The notes under the pieces: model-generated | Database searches by the model: none | Told to the model about the DNA's origin: nothing | The model's input: only the letters and a program-made list of their open reading frames with translations | Assembly (NCBI GenBank): GCA_036172245.1 | Contig: JAYWIR010000050.1 | Location: 806,001-870,000 of the forward strand | DNA from: Raillietiella orientalis | Taxonomy: Eukaryota | Length of the DNA stretch: 64,000 bases | Direction: 5' to 3' | In this document: positions 49,101 to 61,100 of the stretch, one piece after another | How positions within the stretch are numbered: position 1 is the stretch's first letter | How the letters are laid out: each line of letters begins with the position of its first letter | Position numbers and translations under genes: made by a program

Positions 49101-52100
49101 TGCGGCGGCTCCCCGCGGGACCCCGAGGTGGTGACGTCATCAGACTGCACGTCACCTGCAAGGCGGGGTTCCGCCTGAACAGCAGGAAGGCGACATTCCG
49201 GTGCTCCGGAGGGCGGTGGAGACCCCGCCCACCCAAGTGCTTCAAGGGTACGGCTCCCCTATACCCAGCTTTTTGATCCCTCTCCCTCCCGTGGACCGCA
49301 GGGACAGCGGGCGTCGGAGTGGGACGGTCCGCGAGGGAACCCATTCTCGCGGGTTCGACTCTGACTTCAGGGGATGCCCCCCTTTCGCGAGTCAAGCGGA
49401 CCCCTTCCGCCCCCTGGCGAGAGTAGGGCGAGGGAAGGGATGGCGGAGTTGCGGCAGTCCCATTCACTTCCTCTCGTTGATTCGGGAGCAGGGCGCGAAG
49501 AAGGGCGCGGCACACGGGCGTCCCGGTGCAAGACGGAGCTGGACGGGGAAGGTGCAAGACGGGGGTGGTTACGAGGGAGAAGAGAATGACGACGATGATG
49601 GTGATGGTGACGATACGGGCGAGGGCGACGACGGAGACGATGAGCAGGAAGAGGCAGGGGAGGCTTTGATGGAGGGAGCGGCCGCAGGGAAAAGAAGGCG
49701 CTTCTTCTGCACTCCCGAGCCCACTTCCTCGAGCTAGGATTGCTCACGGCATTTTACCAGCCGGAGCAGCGACTCGAGGCTCCGGGCAGCGGTGCGTCCT
49801 CTTTGAAATGCCACTCTCTCCAACCAGGCGACGAGGCGGGGTCGCCCCGAGGAGACCGCGGCTCCGTGACGGAGTCCGCGGGACGGACTCGGAGCTCCCT
49901 GTGTCCTCTGGATGCGGCCGCGCCCTCCGGAAAGGCAGCGGACCAGGTCGACCAGGAAGCGGAAGTCCCATGGCAAGGCGTCGTGAGAAGTAGGAGGGAC
50001 CAAAGGCTCTCCTGTCTCTCCGGAGGTGCAGGAGAGAAGGAGAGGTTTGATCTCTCCAAAACCCCCGGCGAGGGACGAACAAGAGAACGGTCGGTCGCCT
50101 TCGCTTCCTGAAGACTCGTCTCGCGCGATCGCAGACGACCGGAAGCAGTGGGGGGGCACGTCCGAGGGATGATTTCGTGCCAGAACACGATGGATTCTCC
50201 AGAATCCTCCGTCTAATCCTTCCGCAAACAGAGCCGTCTTCGGAGCAACCGTCCCTCCGGGAACGTTCATCTCCGAGAGATCAGGGTGCGCCGACGACGG
50301 ACGGACAGACGCGCCAGCTCAGAAACAACACCTGATGCGAGTCCAGACCTCAGCAGCCGCGTTTCCCCCCTGACGACGACGATGACAACGGATTTTATCC
50401 AGCGCGCAAGGTTGGCACGGTGGCGCACGCTTGGCACGGCGGCGGAACCCCCCGCAGAGGAGCTCAAGGACGCCGGTTCCTATCCCACCGGCAGCACCCG
50501 TCCTTCCCCGAGCACAGAAGCTCCACCCACTCTTGGATACCCGCGCGCTGCCCGCGGGCACCGTTCCCCCGCGAAGGTGCCATCTCAGCTCTCGGCCTTC
50601 ACGGCGCAACGTGAGAGAGAGGGATCGCGCCTGCTCCCCACACGCGCGCGCATGCCCCGTCCAGAGTTGCGCGTGGAATTTGCATTCCACGCCACGACTA
50701 CGAACGGGCGGGCGCGGTTCTCCTCGGACCGTCCGCTCGTCCACCTGGCGACCCTCTCCCGGACATGGGTGCGTGCAAGCTTAAGGCCGAGAAGGGGCAG
50801 GGGACAACGCGGGAGAGCAAAAGGGAGCGTTGCGAGGGTTCTCGGCGCCGAGCGAGCGTGGGACCCTAGCGACAGGGGGGGCCTCATCGGGGAAGGCGGG
50901 CCTCAACGCCGCCTTGGGATAGGCATCAATAGATCCCCACTTTCCGCAGCACGCGACCGGGGAAGTGCGCTCGGCGAGTGTCTTCGGGACGGACGCGTGA
51001 GAAAGGGGGAAGCGGGAACCATTCGCCAAGTTGGGAGGTCAACTTTGCGGGCGTCGCTAGTGCTTGACACGTCCCGCTCCTGGATTGCAGAGGAAGGGGA
51101 GGAGCACTCCTCCGCATACGCCGACCGGAGAAACGGGAGGAAAGCCCTCCACTGCCATCATCCTGCGAGGGTCGTGGGCACGCTGATGTACAAGAACGGC
51201 GTGCCGCTACGGGAGGACGACAGGAGGTGATGCAGTGGTCATGGTTGGCTCTTTGGTCAGACACTTTCTGCAGCTTTCCTCCCGGCACGGAAGTGACGTT
51301 CACCTGCAGCGGCCGTGTCAAGCCGACCAGCGGCGTCAACGGCAACCAAAGCTGGAAGATCGTCTGCGAAAGAGGGAGCTGGGTGGGGAACTCATCTAAC
51401 TGCGGTAGGTACTCGAGTTGTGGGAGGAGGAGGAGGAGGAGGCTGCTCTGCTGACGACGCTATTATTACTGTTGAGGAGGACGAGGAGGCTGCTGCTGCT
51501 GCTGGTGGTGATAATGATGAATGAGGAGTAGGAAAAGAACGAGTGGATGGGGAGGACGAGGAGGATGTTGTCACTGTTGGTATTGATAATGATAATGATC
51601 TCGACGATGATGAGGTGAAGAAAGAAGGGTGTGTTCACTGCGTGTCTCACTTTTATACCCTCCTGGAAGAAAGGGAAAGAAAAGAAACGTTTCCCTTGCG
51701 TCTTTTCTGCGCTTCCCCTTCTTTGCAGGATCCTTCCCCTCCCGACTCCTGCCGCCCCTTTTCCCTCCAGGAACGCGCTCCCACTCCCTCGGTTGCGGTT
51801 TCGCGGGTTCCTTGAGTGACGCCGAAGGACTCCTGGGGAAGGGACTGGGCGATCGATACGCCCTCGTTGTCGGCGGGAACTCTTCCAAGTCTCCTCCAAG
51901 AGGATTTTCCTCCACCCTACCCCACTCCTCCTCTTCGGGAAGTCCTGGGCCTCCGCTTAGCGGAGACGGCAGCAGCGCCCTCCTCCCCGTCTTCCTTTCC
52001 TCCTGTTGCAGTCTGCTGGCCCTGGCAACTTGGCATCTGCCAGAGAGGGCTCTTGTGCGAGACAGCCACGTCCGGGATAGTTTTGATCCCTCCCTCCCGA

Positions 52101-55100
52101 TTCCTCCTCCTTCGCAAACCCCTTTTCCGGACCTTCCTCCCCAGCTCTCGCCTGCTCTTCTCTTTTGCAGAGGACGAGGTGGCGCCTGCGCTCTTCACGA
52201 ACTCCTCGACGCCGCTATGCTTGCTGAGGCGCAGCAGTCGGGTGCTGCTGGCCTTCGTGGGCGATGAGGAATGGGACGAGGCCAAGCCTGTGGAGGACGG
52301 AGCCCACATTGTAAGGGGGCCCCCAGGGCAAGGACCCCACGCTCGGCGCCCGCTGATGCGCTCCGTCGACTCCCCTGGAGATCCCTCGCGTGCAGCAAGG
52401 AGGATCGCGCGGTCGGAACCGCCACCCCGCAGGTTGCCCTCCCCGGTCCGCTTCGGCGCGGCGGTTCCTGCCAGGAGCGTGCAGCGGGAGACACGCCGTC
52501 CCTTCGCTGACTTCCGTGAGCGACCCGCGTCTTGCCTCGAGAAAAATCCCGTTTGCCATGCCACTCCCGATCGCCACAGGCAGACGCGCCGGAAGTTCCC
52601 GCGTCTGGAGCCTCCAGCAGCGCTGCCGGGTGCGACTCGAGCACGTCGGCAGTCGCACTGGCAGCCTGGAGAAGAGGCGCGGATTGGGGGGAGAAGGACG
52701 AGGACGGGGAAAGGAGGGAAGCGGTGGTCAGAGACGATGAAGATTTGCTGCTGTTGAAGGGAGCTCCGTGTCGTAAGAGCTTTGAAAGGCTGTTGAATCT
52801 CAGATGGGTTCCTAAGATACGAGCCACAGTTCTGAAGGACGGAGTAGGGCGTACTAATGTCTTTGTGGCACATGGGCAGTATGTCATCGTCCTTGACTTC
52901 ACTTCTGCTCCTTTCCATTCCCGCTGCTCTCCATTTCTGTACCTGTTTTGTCCTCTTTCTTTCCTCCTCTTCCTCTTCCTCCCTTCCACTATTCCTTCTC
53001 CTCCTCTCCCCATTCCTTGACGGATACCAACTGTGAGCGGACTCAGCCCGGTCCAGCTCTTGTTGGCGCCTTTCGTTCCACTGCTGCGGGCTCTTTCGGA
53101 CGAATTTGTCGGCGAAAGTGCGCGAGTAACCCGCCGGCTGGGAACTCCCGTCCTCGTGGCGGGTACGGCAGGAGGACGCAGGGTTCAGGGGACAGAGGAT
53201 GCCGCAGATCCGGGAGCGAGGGCTCGATAGCCAAAGGGAGTCCGTCCCCGGAGAAGACTTGGGAAACTTGGAGCGCGCCCGCTGGAGCGGATTTCACGGC
53301 AGGACCTGCGGAATCCGTCCGCTGAAACACCCCGGCGTCGGCAACTTGTCAGGTGAGATTCGTGGGCTTTGGGTTCGCCGTCGCACAAAGTCCAAGAAGG
53401 ACAAAGCAAATCGAAGCTGCTGACGCAGCTTCTGCTGACTCACGTCTATGCAGACTGTCTGGATTGCAGCAAGGATCGCGTGGCGACAGGCGAACCACTG
53501 AGCTCGCTGGAGGACGCTGATGAGTGCGTGTCGGGGTGATGACCCTGAACAGACAGCAATGCCTCGTTGAGAAAAGAAAAGGAAAAACCCCTTCTTCGCT
53601 CGAGGCGCGATCAACCCGAACGGCGGATCGAGGCCACGTCACAGGATTCCTTCGGCCGATTCATGGAGGCGCTCTCCCCTAAAACGGCGCCAAAATGGGA
53701 GGGAGCGACTCCGGAGCGCGGCGCGGTCATCACGGCGGGCCGGGATGCAAGGGACTGCGGGGCATCTGCGACCTAGCGGCACGGCTCGTGGGTCCAGAGT
53801 TTCAGGTGCAGAGACATCGGCAAGTACGCGTTTTCCGGGAGCAGGACTCGCGTCTGTCGCTGCGGGCAGTGGACGGGGCAGCAGCCATCGTGCGAGGGGC
53901 TCAGCCAGCTGCACGACTACGCCCGTGAGTGGGACCGCGGCACTGCGCGTAGGAAGTTTGTTGACTCTACGTCTTCCGCAGTGGACAAACCGCCGTCCAT
54001 CCTGTTCAGGCACGAGTTCGGGCCTATCGGGCAAAGCACGGACGGTAGGCTGGTCGTCTATCCCAGAACCGTCCTCCACCTGGAGTGCCTGTGGCTGAGG
54101 AAATACGGGACTCCCGTCTGGAGATGGGACGGCGGTCGCAGGTGGGGGAGCTGGCGGCTGCCTCCCAGGCTGGACGCGCCCTCAGGGAACACGTCCAAGG
54201 GTGGACTTCGGATCCCGGGCGTAACCCTGATTTGGAGTACAGGGTCACCATAGACGGGGCCAGGTTGGAAGACTCCGGGAATTACACGTGCACGACCCCG
54301 ACCAGACACCAGCACTCCGTCGAGGTCATAGTGAAAGGTAATCGGCGGGTCAACTCGGGTGCCGCGCGCGCTAACAGATCGGGGCAGCGATCCACTGCAA
54401 GGAGCTCGTCGTCGACGGACATTTAGAAAAGTCCACCTTCGACGTCAGGATGGGGGCGGTGGTGCACTTCTCCTGCGCCCACAACATGAGCGTGGTAGGA
54501 TCGCCGAACACCACCTGCCTCCCTTCCGGCAACTGGAGCTCCCCGACCCCCCGATGCCAGTGTGAGTCCCAGCCCTTCCCTTCCGGCCCCGGGGGGGCAG
54601 CAGCAGTTCTTCGGCAGTGATCCATTGCCCCCCGATGCAGCTCTCCGAGGACTCGAGGGTCTCCGTCGCGTACAGCGGCAGCGGTCTGGGCGACCGGGCT
54701 GTGTTCAGCTGCCCCGCAGGGCACCGCCCCAGGCGCGGCGCGACCACCGCCGCCGTCTGCACGGAAACGGGAGAGTGGAAGGGAACCCTGCCGTCCTGTG
54801 AAGGTCGGTACGCACCCGCTGGGTCCGCTGGTCCCACGAAGCGCGCTCGTCCCTCCTCCGTCGCCAGAAGCCACGTGCGACTCCAGGAAGATCCGCATCC
54901 GACACGGGAGGGCGAGCAGGAAACGGGCCTTCAGAGTCAACGACACCACTCTCATCAAGTGCAAGAGAGGGTACATGCTGAGAGGGCACCCGTTCCTGGT
55001 GTGCGGCGCCGACGGCAGGTGGATAGGTGACCCCCCATCATGTACGCGCACCCGTTCCCGCATTCCCGCCTGATTGCGCGCACCGCGTCTGACTACCCCA

Positions 55101-58100
55101 GGCGTCGTCGTCGTCGGGCGAGGTCCCGGAAGACCATAAAAATAAATAATGCGCTTACTATATACATTAACGTGTTTACATATAGATGAATGTATATTAG
55201 AGAGATCATAAAAAAAGAAACGTGTTTGGCGTACACTTACACGTGTGCAATATACATTCATATACACAAAAAATGTGTACGTTTGTTTTCACAATCGTTC
55301 CGGATTTTGAACCGAAGCCGGTCTTCGGTTTTCCGAGTGACACGGGCGGTTTCTAAGATCCGGAGCGAGAGAAACGCGAGTGCAGAGGCTCCTAAGGTAC
55401 GCGCACGCCGGAGTGCTCTCGATTTCGCTCCCATGACAACTCCCGCTCCGCTCCGGGGAGCAGCGCCCGCCGTTTCCTGTCAGCCCTGCCGCGGTGCATG
55501 GCAAAAACAGAGCGAAAATCCCTGTCGGAGGGCGTCCCTGTCTGCGCCAGTGAGGAAACAGCTGCGGGCGACGCTGCTGGTGCAGAGAGGCACAGCCGAC
55601 ACCCGGTGCGCCTTCCACCGGGGGCTGGCTGCTGGGGTAGGCGCCACGGACCTCGAGACGACTCATCTCGTGAAGGCATTGCTCTCACGATAGTTGCTTT
55701 CGTGTTGGTGGTTCTCAAAATGGCTGCTCCCGTGATGGCTGTTCATGAGATCAGCTTTCAGCTTAGCATCTTTACACACGGAATGCCGAAGGTGGAATTC
55801 GACCCGTAGATTCAGGAACAGAGACGAACGCACAATGGGCAGGTGGTTGATCAACATCTCACAGTGGATCTTAGTCTCAAAAGTCTCGGCAGTCCGAGAC
55901 TGTTTTGCATCTGCCAAACTGCTCTTTATTTTGCCTGAAGCTGCGCTTCGTTGACTTCTTCGCCGATTTTCGAGACCTTCGTACGGAGGCTGTCTGACGA
56001 ACGGATGCGGACCTGCGCAGATCAGCAGATAGGTGGGATTCGTAGATCTGTGTGCGCGGAAGGAGGCGTTATGCGAAGGGCAGCGTTGTATCTGCTCACT
56101 AATATGTGCACCTGTATCTTCCGAACTGAATGGTTTTAAAACTTCTGCTGAGATGAGGCAGAATAGGCAGGCTTCTTTTTTCTGTGGGTACTGCCTTCCA
56201 TATTTTCTCATCTCTTCGATTCGCTTTCCTTTTTTTCTCCTTTTCTCTCCATTTCACCTCCCATGGAGCTTTTGCTTCCTTCCGCTGAGTCTTCCATTTC
56301 CATGATGACAACGGTTGGAAAGATCGCCGTCTTTCAGCCCTCTTTTCGGTCGCAAGCACAGCACCCGGGTCTCCAGTGCAAGTACCTGCCAGGACCGATG
56401 CTGCTGAACTCGGCCACATCGGACGGGAAGCTCTCGAACTGTGGTGTCATCGGTGCACGATGCCTCCAGTGTTTCTCAGTTGCCCCCTCTTTCTTGAGTT
56501 CTTTCTCACTGCGTGAGTCGCCCGCCCGCGGCGTCTCTTTGTAACGACCCCATATCGGTCAGGTCCGAAGATCCTTACGGAAGCTCTGGGCATCCGGCGC
56601 CATTGCTACGAACGGTGCCGGCATCCTTCGATCTCCGGTGTCCAGGGGTCCAGTGGGGCTGGCTGTTCCCGTCCTTCAATCGCAAATTTTGCAGACGAGA
56701 AGGGCGAAGCGGCGAAACTCTTCGACTGCAAAATGTGCGTGAACTCACTACAAAAGAGGTGCGCGTTCCGGAGCGTGCATGCGGGGGGAAAAGCAAAGGG
56801 ACACCTGAATCCTCCCCCGTTCCCAGAACGACGTACAAAGCACCCCAAATTTGCCAGAGATTCACGATAGGATGAAGAACAGCAGAACAGCCCTTATAGC
56901 AGGAAGCTCTCAACCACCAGCTTTGGTGTGGCCATCCGGAAACCCGGTGCAGCCCAAGAGGGGCAACCTCGCTTGACTTTCCCCACGACGAAGCAACGCA
57001 AAGAAAAAAATTCGCCCAACTCCTTCTCCTCCGGATGAAAACCACTGGTGGACGGTGCACGATCTAATCAAGGATCAAGAACACGGCATTCTTGCACGCT
57101 CAGCATTCATGCACGACGTAAAACTTTCGACATCGTTCAGAGAACGCTACTGAGAGCAGCTTCCCGCCTTTCCTCTGTTTAGTGGCTTCGGATGAGGAAG
57201 GAGCAAGGGAGGACAGAGCGTCTTCCTGATACACCCCACGAAGGATCCTTCCCGTTCGAAGCTGGTCGAATCTGCCGGGAACTCGATCCGGCCGCTGCAT
57301 CTCCAACCGCTCCCGTAGACAACCAATAGGAAGCAACCGGAAAATCTCCCCCGCACAATTCCTTCTCGCCCTCAAGACCCGACGCGATTCCAGGGATTCC
57401 TGTGCTTTCTTGCTGATCTTGCGGAGCACCATCGCAAAGCACCTAGCACGGTTCTTTCCACATAACCACATATTCGCGTGGCGGGGAACCCAAACCACGA
57501 CGGAAGGCGCAACCACATCAGTTCAATCAAATGCTAAGAAGGGACCTCCTTTATTTTTTCCGCAATCTTTCCAAGTTGTCTGTGCCACGCTCCATTTCTT
57601 CATCCAACCTCCCCCAACCTGACCCAATCTAAATCGACCTACCATGAGCCTCACCTACCACAACAAATCAACACGCCGTCAACCTAACCTCACCCAACGT
57701 ACCCTACCACTCACTCAACCCATCCCAAGCAACCCAACTCACCAATAACCCAACCTAACCTGTCTAATCCAACCTAACCGAACAGGATGAATTTTTCAAT
57801 CCCTGGAATAAGAAAGAGAGCAAGCTCATTGATTTTTGAAGGTTGCCATCGTTTCGAAAACGGCTTAATTGGTCATTCGAAATAAACACCGTTGACGATA
57901 ATCTTCGGAGCCGTGTTTACTAAGGGAACGCAGATTGAGTTCGGTTTCCCGCAGGTTCAAATGCATGGAAAATTTAGAAAAAAAAAAAAAAAAAGTGGTC
58001 TGAGAAGAACTCGGAGAAACCAACAGAATCTCGTGTGCTTTGAGGTAAAGCCAGCAAGTCCTGCAGCTCCGGATGTGGGGTCTGGAACCTGACGGAGACC

Positions 58101-61100
58101 CCATTTTGTGGGTGTGCATGTGTGCCTTTTCATTCTATACACTTTGATCCTAGCCAAAGGCCGAGGAGCGAGAACCTCTACACAGAGGAAGGAAGTATTT
58201 CCAGAGGATTCTCCTAAGAGCAAGCTTCTGCTGGAATGCAGCAGGAACTCAGCAGCCACAAACCAAATCTGTTTCCATGGCACTGGCAGCACTGGCAAAT
58301 AAAACTCCGTCTCAGATAGGGAGGAGAAACGGAACGTTTGCCACAATAACAGCAGCAAATGAAACGAAGGTGCTGCCTTTTGTTTTTTGTTTCTTTTTGG
58401 CAATCGGAAAACGATAGACGCGTCCTATCAAACCCCAGATGCGAGCATGCTTTGGGCATTAAAACCGCCTCGGGGAAATGCCATCTCCAAAGAAGTTTTG
58501 GAGACGAAACCCTTATTTCTTTCCACCGTCGTTCCTGCCGTACCGAAGACACGCGAGTTCCAGGAAGCCACCCACAGGGAACATCAGGAAAAGCGACTTC
58601 CCCACCAAGTTTCATCCTTTGGCGTCTTCTGCTAATTAAGCTCTCGTTTCGCCTGTCGGTCCCTCGTGGAGTCTTCCTTGCCCCCTGCACTAAGAACGAG
58701 GAAGGCCCCCCCATCTCTTCCCATCGGACCGCCTCCCGCACCTGCGCACCTCTTTGGGGCGAGGAAGCGCATGGAAGAAATTCCCGGCAAAGAACAAGTA
58801 ACGAACAGATGACCAATCGTGCACTGCCCGCTCAGCGACGAAGTCATCTTCAGCAACGTGTCACCTCCAGCGCAAGCTCAGCACAGCGCTTCCTCTGATG
58901 CTGCCTAATGATCAGTCTTGCCACTCAGACAGAAGCAGGCCCTCTCCGAGAGACCAGCGGCAGAAAGTCCTTGCGTATATGGGAGGAGGGGGGGCACGCA
59001 CACGTGGATTCCGTGTTTTCGCAGAGCACGAGGATCTTCGGCGCTTGCGCCGGATATGAGAGAGCGTGTCAGGCAGACAGTGAGAAGTGAGCCGGTCTGC
59101 GCACTTCTCCTGCGCTGGAATCTGCAAGAACGAAGATGCGCGAGCCCACGTTGGCAGGACGGGAGCGAGGGGGCGGTGTCCCCCTCCCCTTCCCCGTTTT
59201 TCTGGCTGCGTTTCCGCAACCCCGGCGCCTCGTCCTGCTTGCAGCGGTCCTTGGTTCCTCAGGAAGGCGTACCTCCGGTCGCACCCTGACGGGCCTGTGA
59301 CCCTTCGCCGGCGGGCTCCGCGCCGAGATCTCGGAAAACCGCTGCTGCTTTCAAGGTGAAGGGCCGAGACGAACCCGCGATTTTCAAGTGCATCCGGGGC
59401 GGCGGACAGGGTCAGGAGACAGCACCCCACCGGCATGCGAGGGATATTCGGAGCAACTTGCTCAGCAGGCTTTCGTCTCATCTCTCTGTTCCCATTTGCT
59501 TTCTTTAGATTTTGCCCTTATTTGTTTTCGGAATGTAATTCCATTTCTTAGATGTCCCGATCAACGTTTCCTTTTCGAGATGGAGAATTGCCCGAATCTT
59601 GTGGACTTTTACCCAGGTCCGAATTTAAGTTCTCCTGGTTCCAGTCTGGCTCAGTGTGGGAACGGATGAATGGATTCAGGGGGAGAGTGGAAGAGTGCGA
59701 TCGAAACGAAGATGAGGACGTTGAGCAGTTCCAAGATGGGTGACGAGGCATTCAGGGCACGGGCGAGTCCATCAAGCCAGTTTCCTAAAACGAAGGAGAA
59801 CCTAAATGCCCTTCTTACGAAGATCCTCTCCTCCTTAGCTCATGCGTGTCATCTCCGAGTGCGAATTCAATTTCGAAAAAGAGGAGCGGATGGACTGCTG
59901 AAAAGCAAACAGCGACAAGAAATTGCCTCCAGGAACGGTGCAAGCGTGAAATGACCCCCAGGCGTATGAAATCTCTCGAGATTCCAAGTACAAATTCGAC
60001 GTTTACCGTGCCGGCCGCGTGTCCGTTTTTTCACCCAATCGCAAACTCACCCGGCGGGTCAAGTGACCATTCCACCTTTCAACCTGTCGAGCGAGTCACT
60101 TCTTTGCAACAGATTCTACCCGTGGGTGAAATTGGCGATGACGAGTATACACGTCAAACTCACAGCAGAGGCATCGGTTGTAAATTTCAACGCAAAAAAA
60201 GGGGGGGAGAGGGAATTGGATTCATGAAAAAATTTCGCCATCGTACAGAAAACGAGAAACTTCGTACGCGAGCAAAAGCGCACGAAAAGTTGGACCTGAT
60301 TTTGCAGCACGATGCGTTTCGAAGCAAGATACGGGTCCAACCCCAACACCGCGTTTCCTTACGGACGCCATTTTCGGAACACCCCATCCACCCTCGCCAC
60401 GCACTCGTTCCCCATAGCGTACATGGTGTAAAGTTCGGAGGGCGTTTCCCGATGACCTGACGTGGCAGCTGGTCCACCAGCCCTCACGCTTTCCGCAGTC
60501 GAAGATTCCTCTACAATTCGTTCGATGCACCCCGAGCAAAAAATGGGATCGGTTTGATCTCCCACCGCTTTCCTTTATGTAATAAATACGACTTCAAGCA
60601 CATGACGTCGAAAAGGTGCAGAAATACTTTCCCGTACCACCTCTTTCTTGCCAGCGTACACGCTGCCATTGTACCATCGCTCCTGTCCACTCCACCCATT
60701 TTTTCTCCACGTCAAGCTTTCTTTTCACGACACCGCCTGTTTCCGTCTGTTTCCATCACATGGGCGCCATGTGTTGTACCGAGGTACATTGTACATCCCT
60801 TTTGTCCCGCCACTGCAACAACATGATTTTGTTGTCACATTTTGCAATGTACTGACCTTTCTTCAGAGAAGTTGCTTCCATATTCTAAGGAATGTCGCAT
60901 TGTACCAATCATGCCCGTCTTGCAAGTACCGAGTTCCGTACTTGCGTACCAGTTATCCGAATGGAATCCCTGACCTAGTAGGTCACGAGAAAGGACGAAC
61001 GCGGTCTTCTATCGGTCGAGGGCAATTGTGACCACGCTCTGTATCTTTGCCAATGTGCGCACAGAAATTCCAACTGCATCATGCAGGCTGCAGAAGGCAA

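Noticed and set aside
49560..49690. Acidic Asp/Glu-rich stretch as an extra exon (similar tract at 51420-51625)
   Set aside because: Low-complexity triplet repeat without good splice sites; the gene model is in frame without it.
50286..53013. Long ORFs of 270-333 aa (50286+, 51816+, 51917-, 52195-)
   Set aside because: Only the short internal segments bounded by splice sites are coding; the remainder is GC-rich intron read-through or antisense.
56300..57516. Possible THAP + HTH + DDE_Tnp_4 (ISL2EU/Harbinger-like) relic on the minus strand
   Set aside because: Only faint motif echoes; a profile-HMM or tBLASTn search is needed before calling it.
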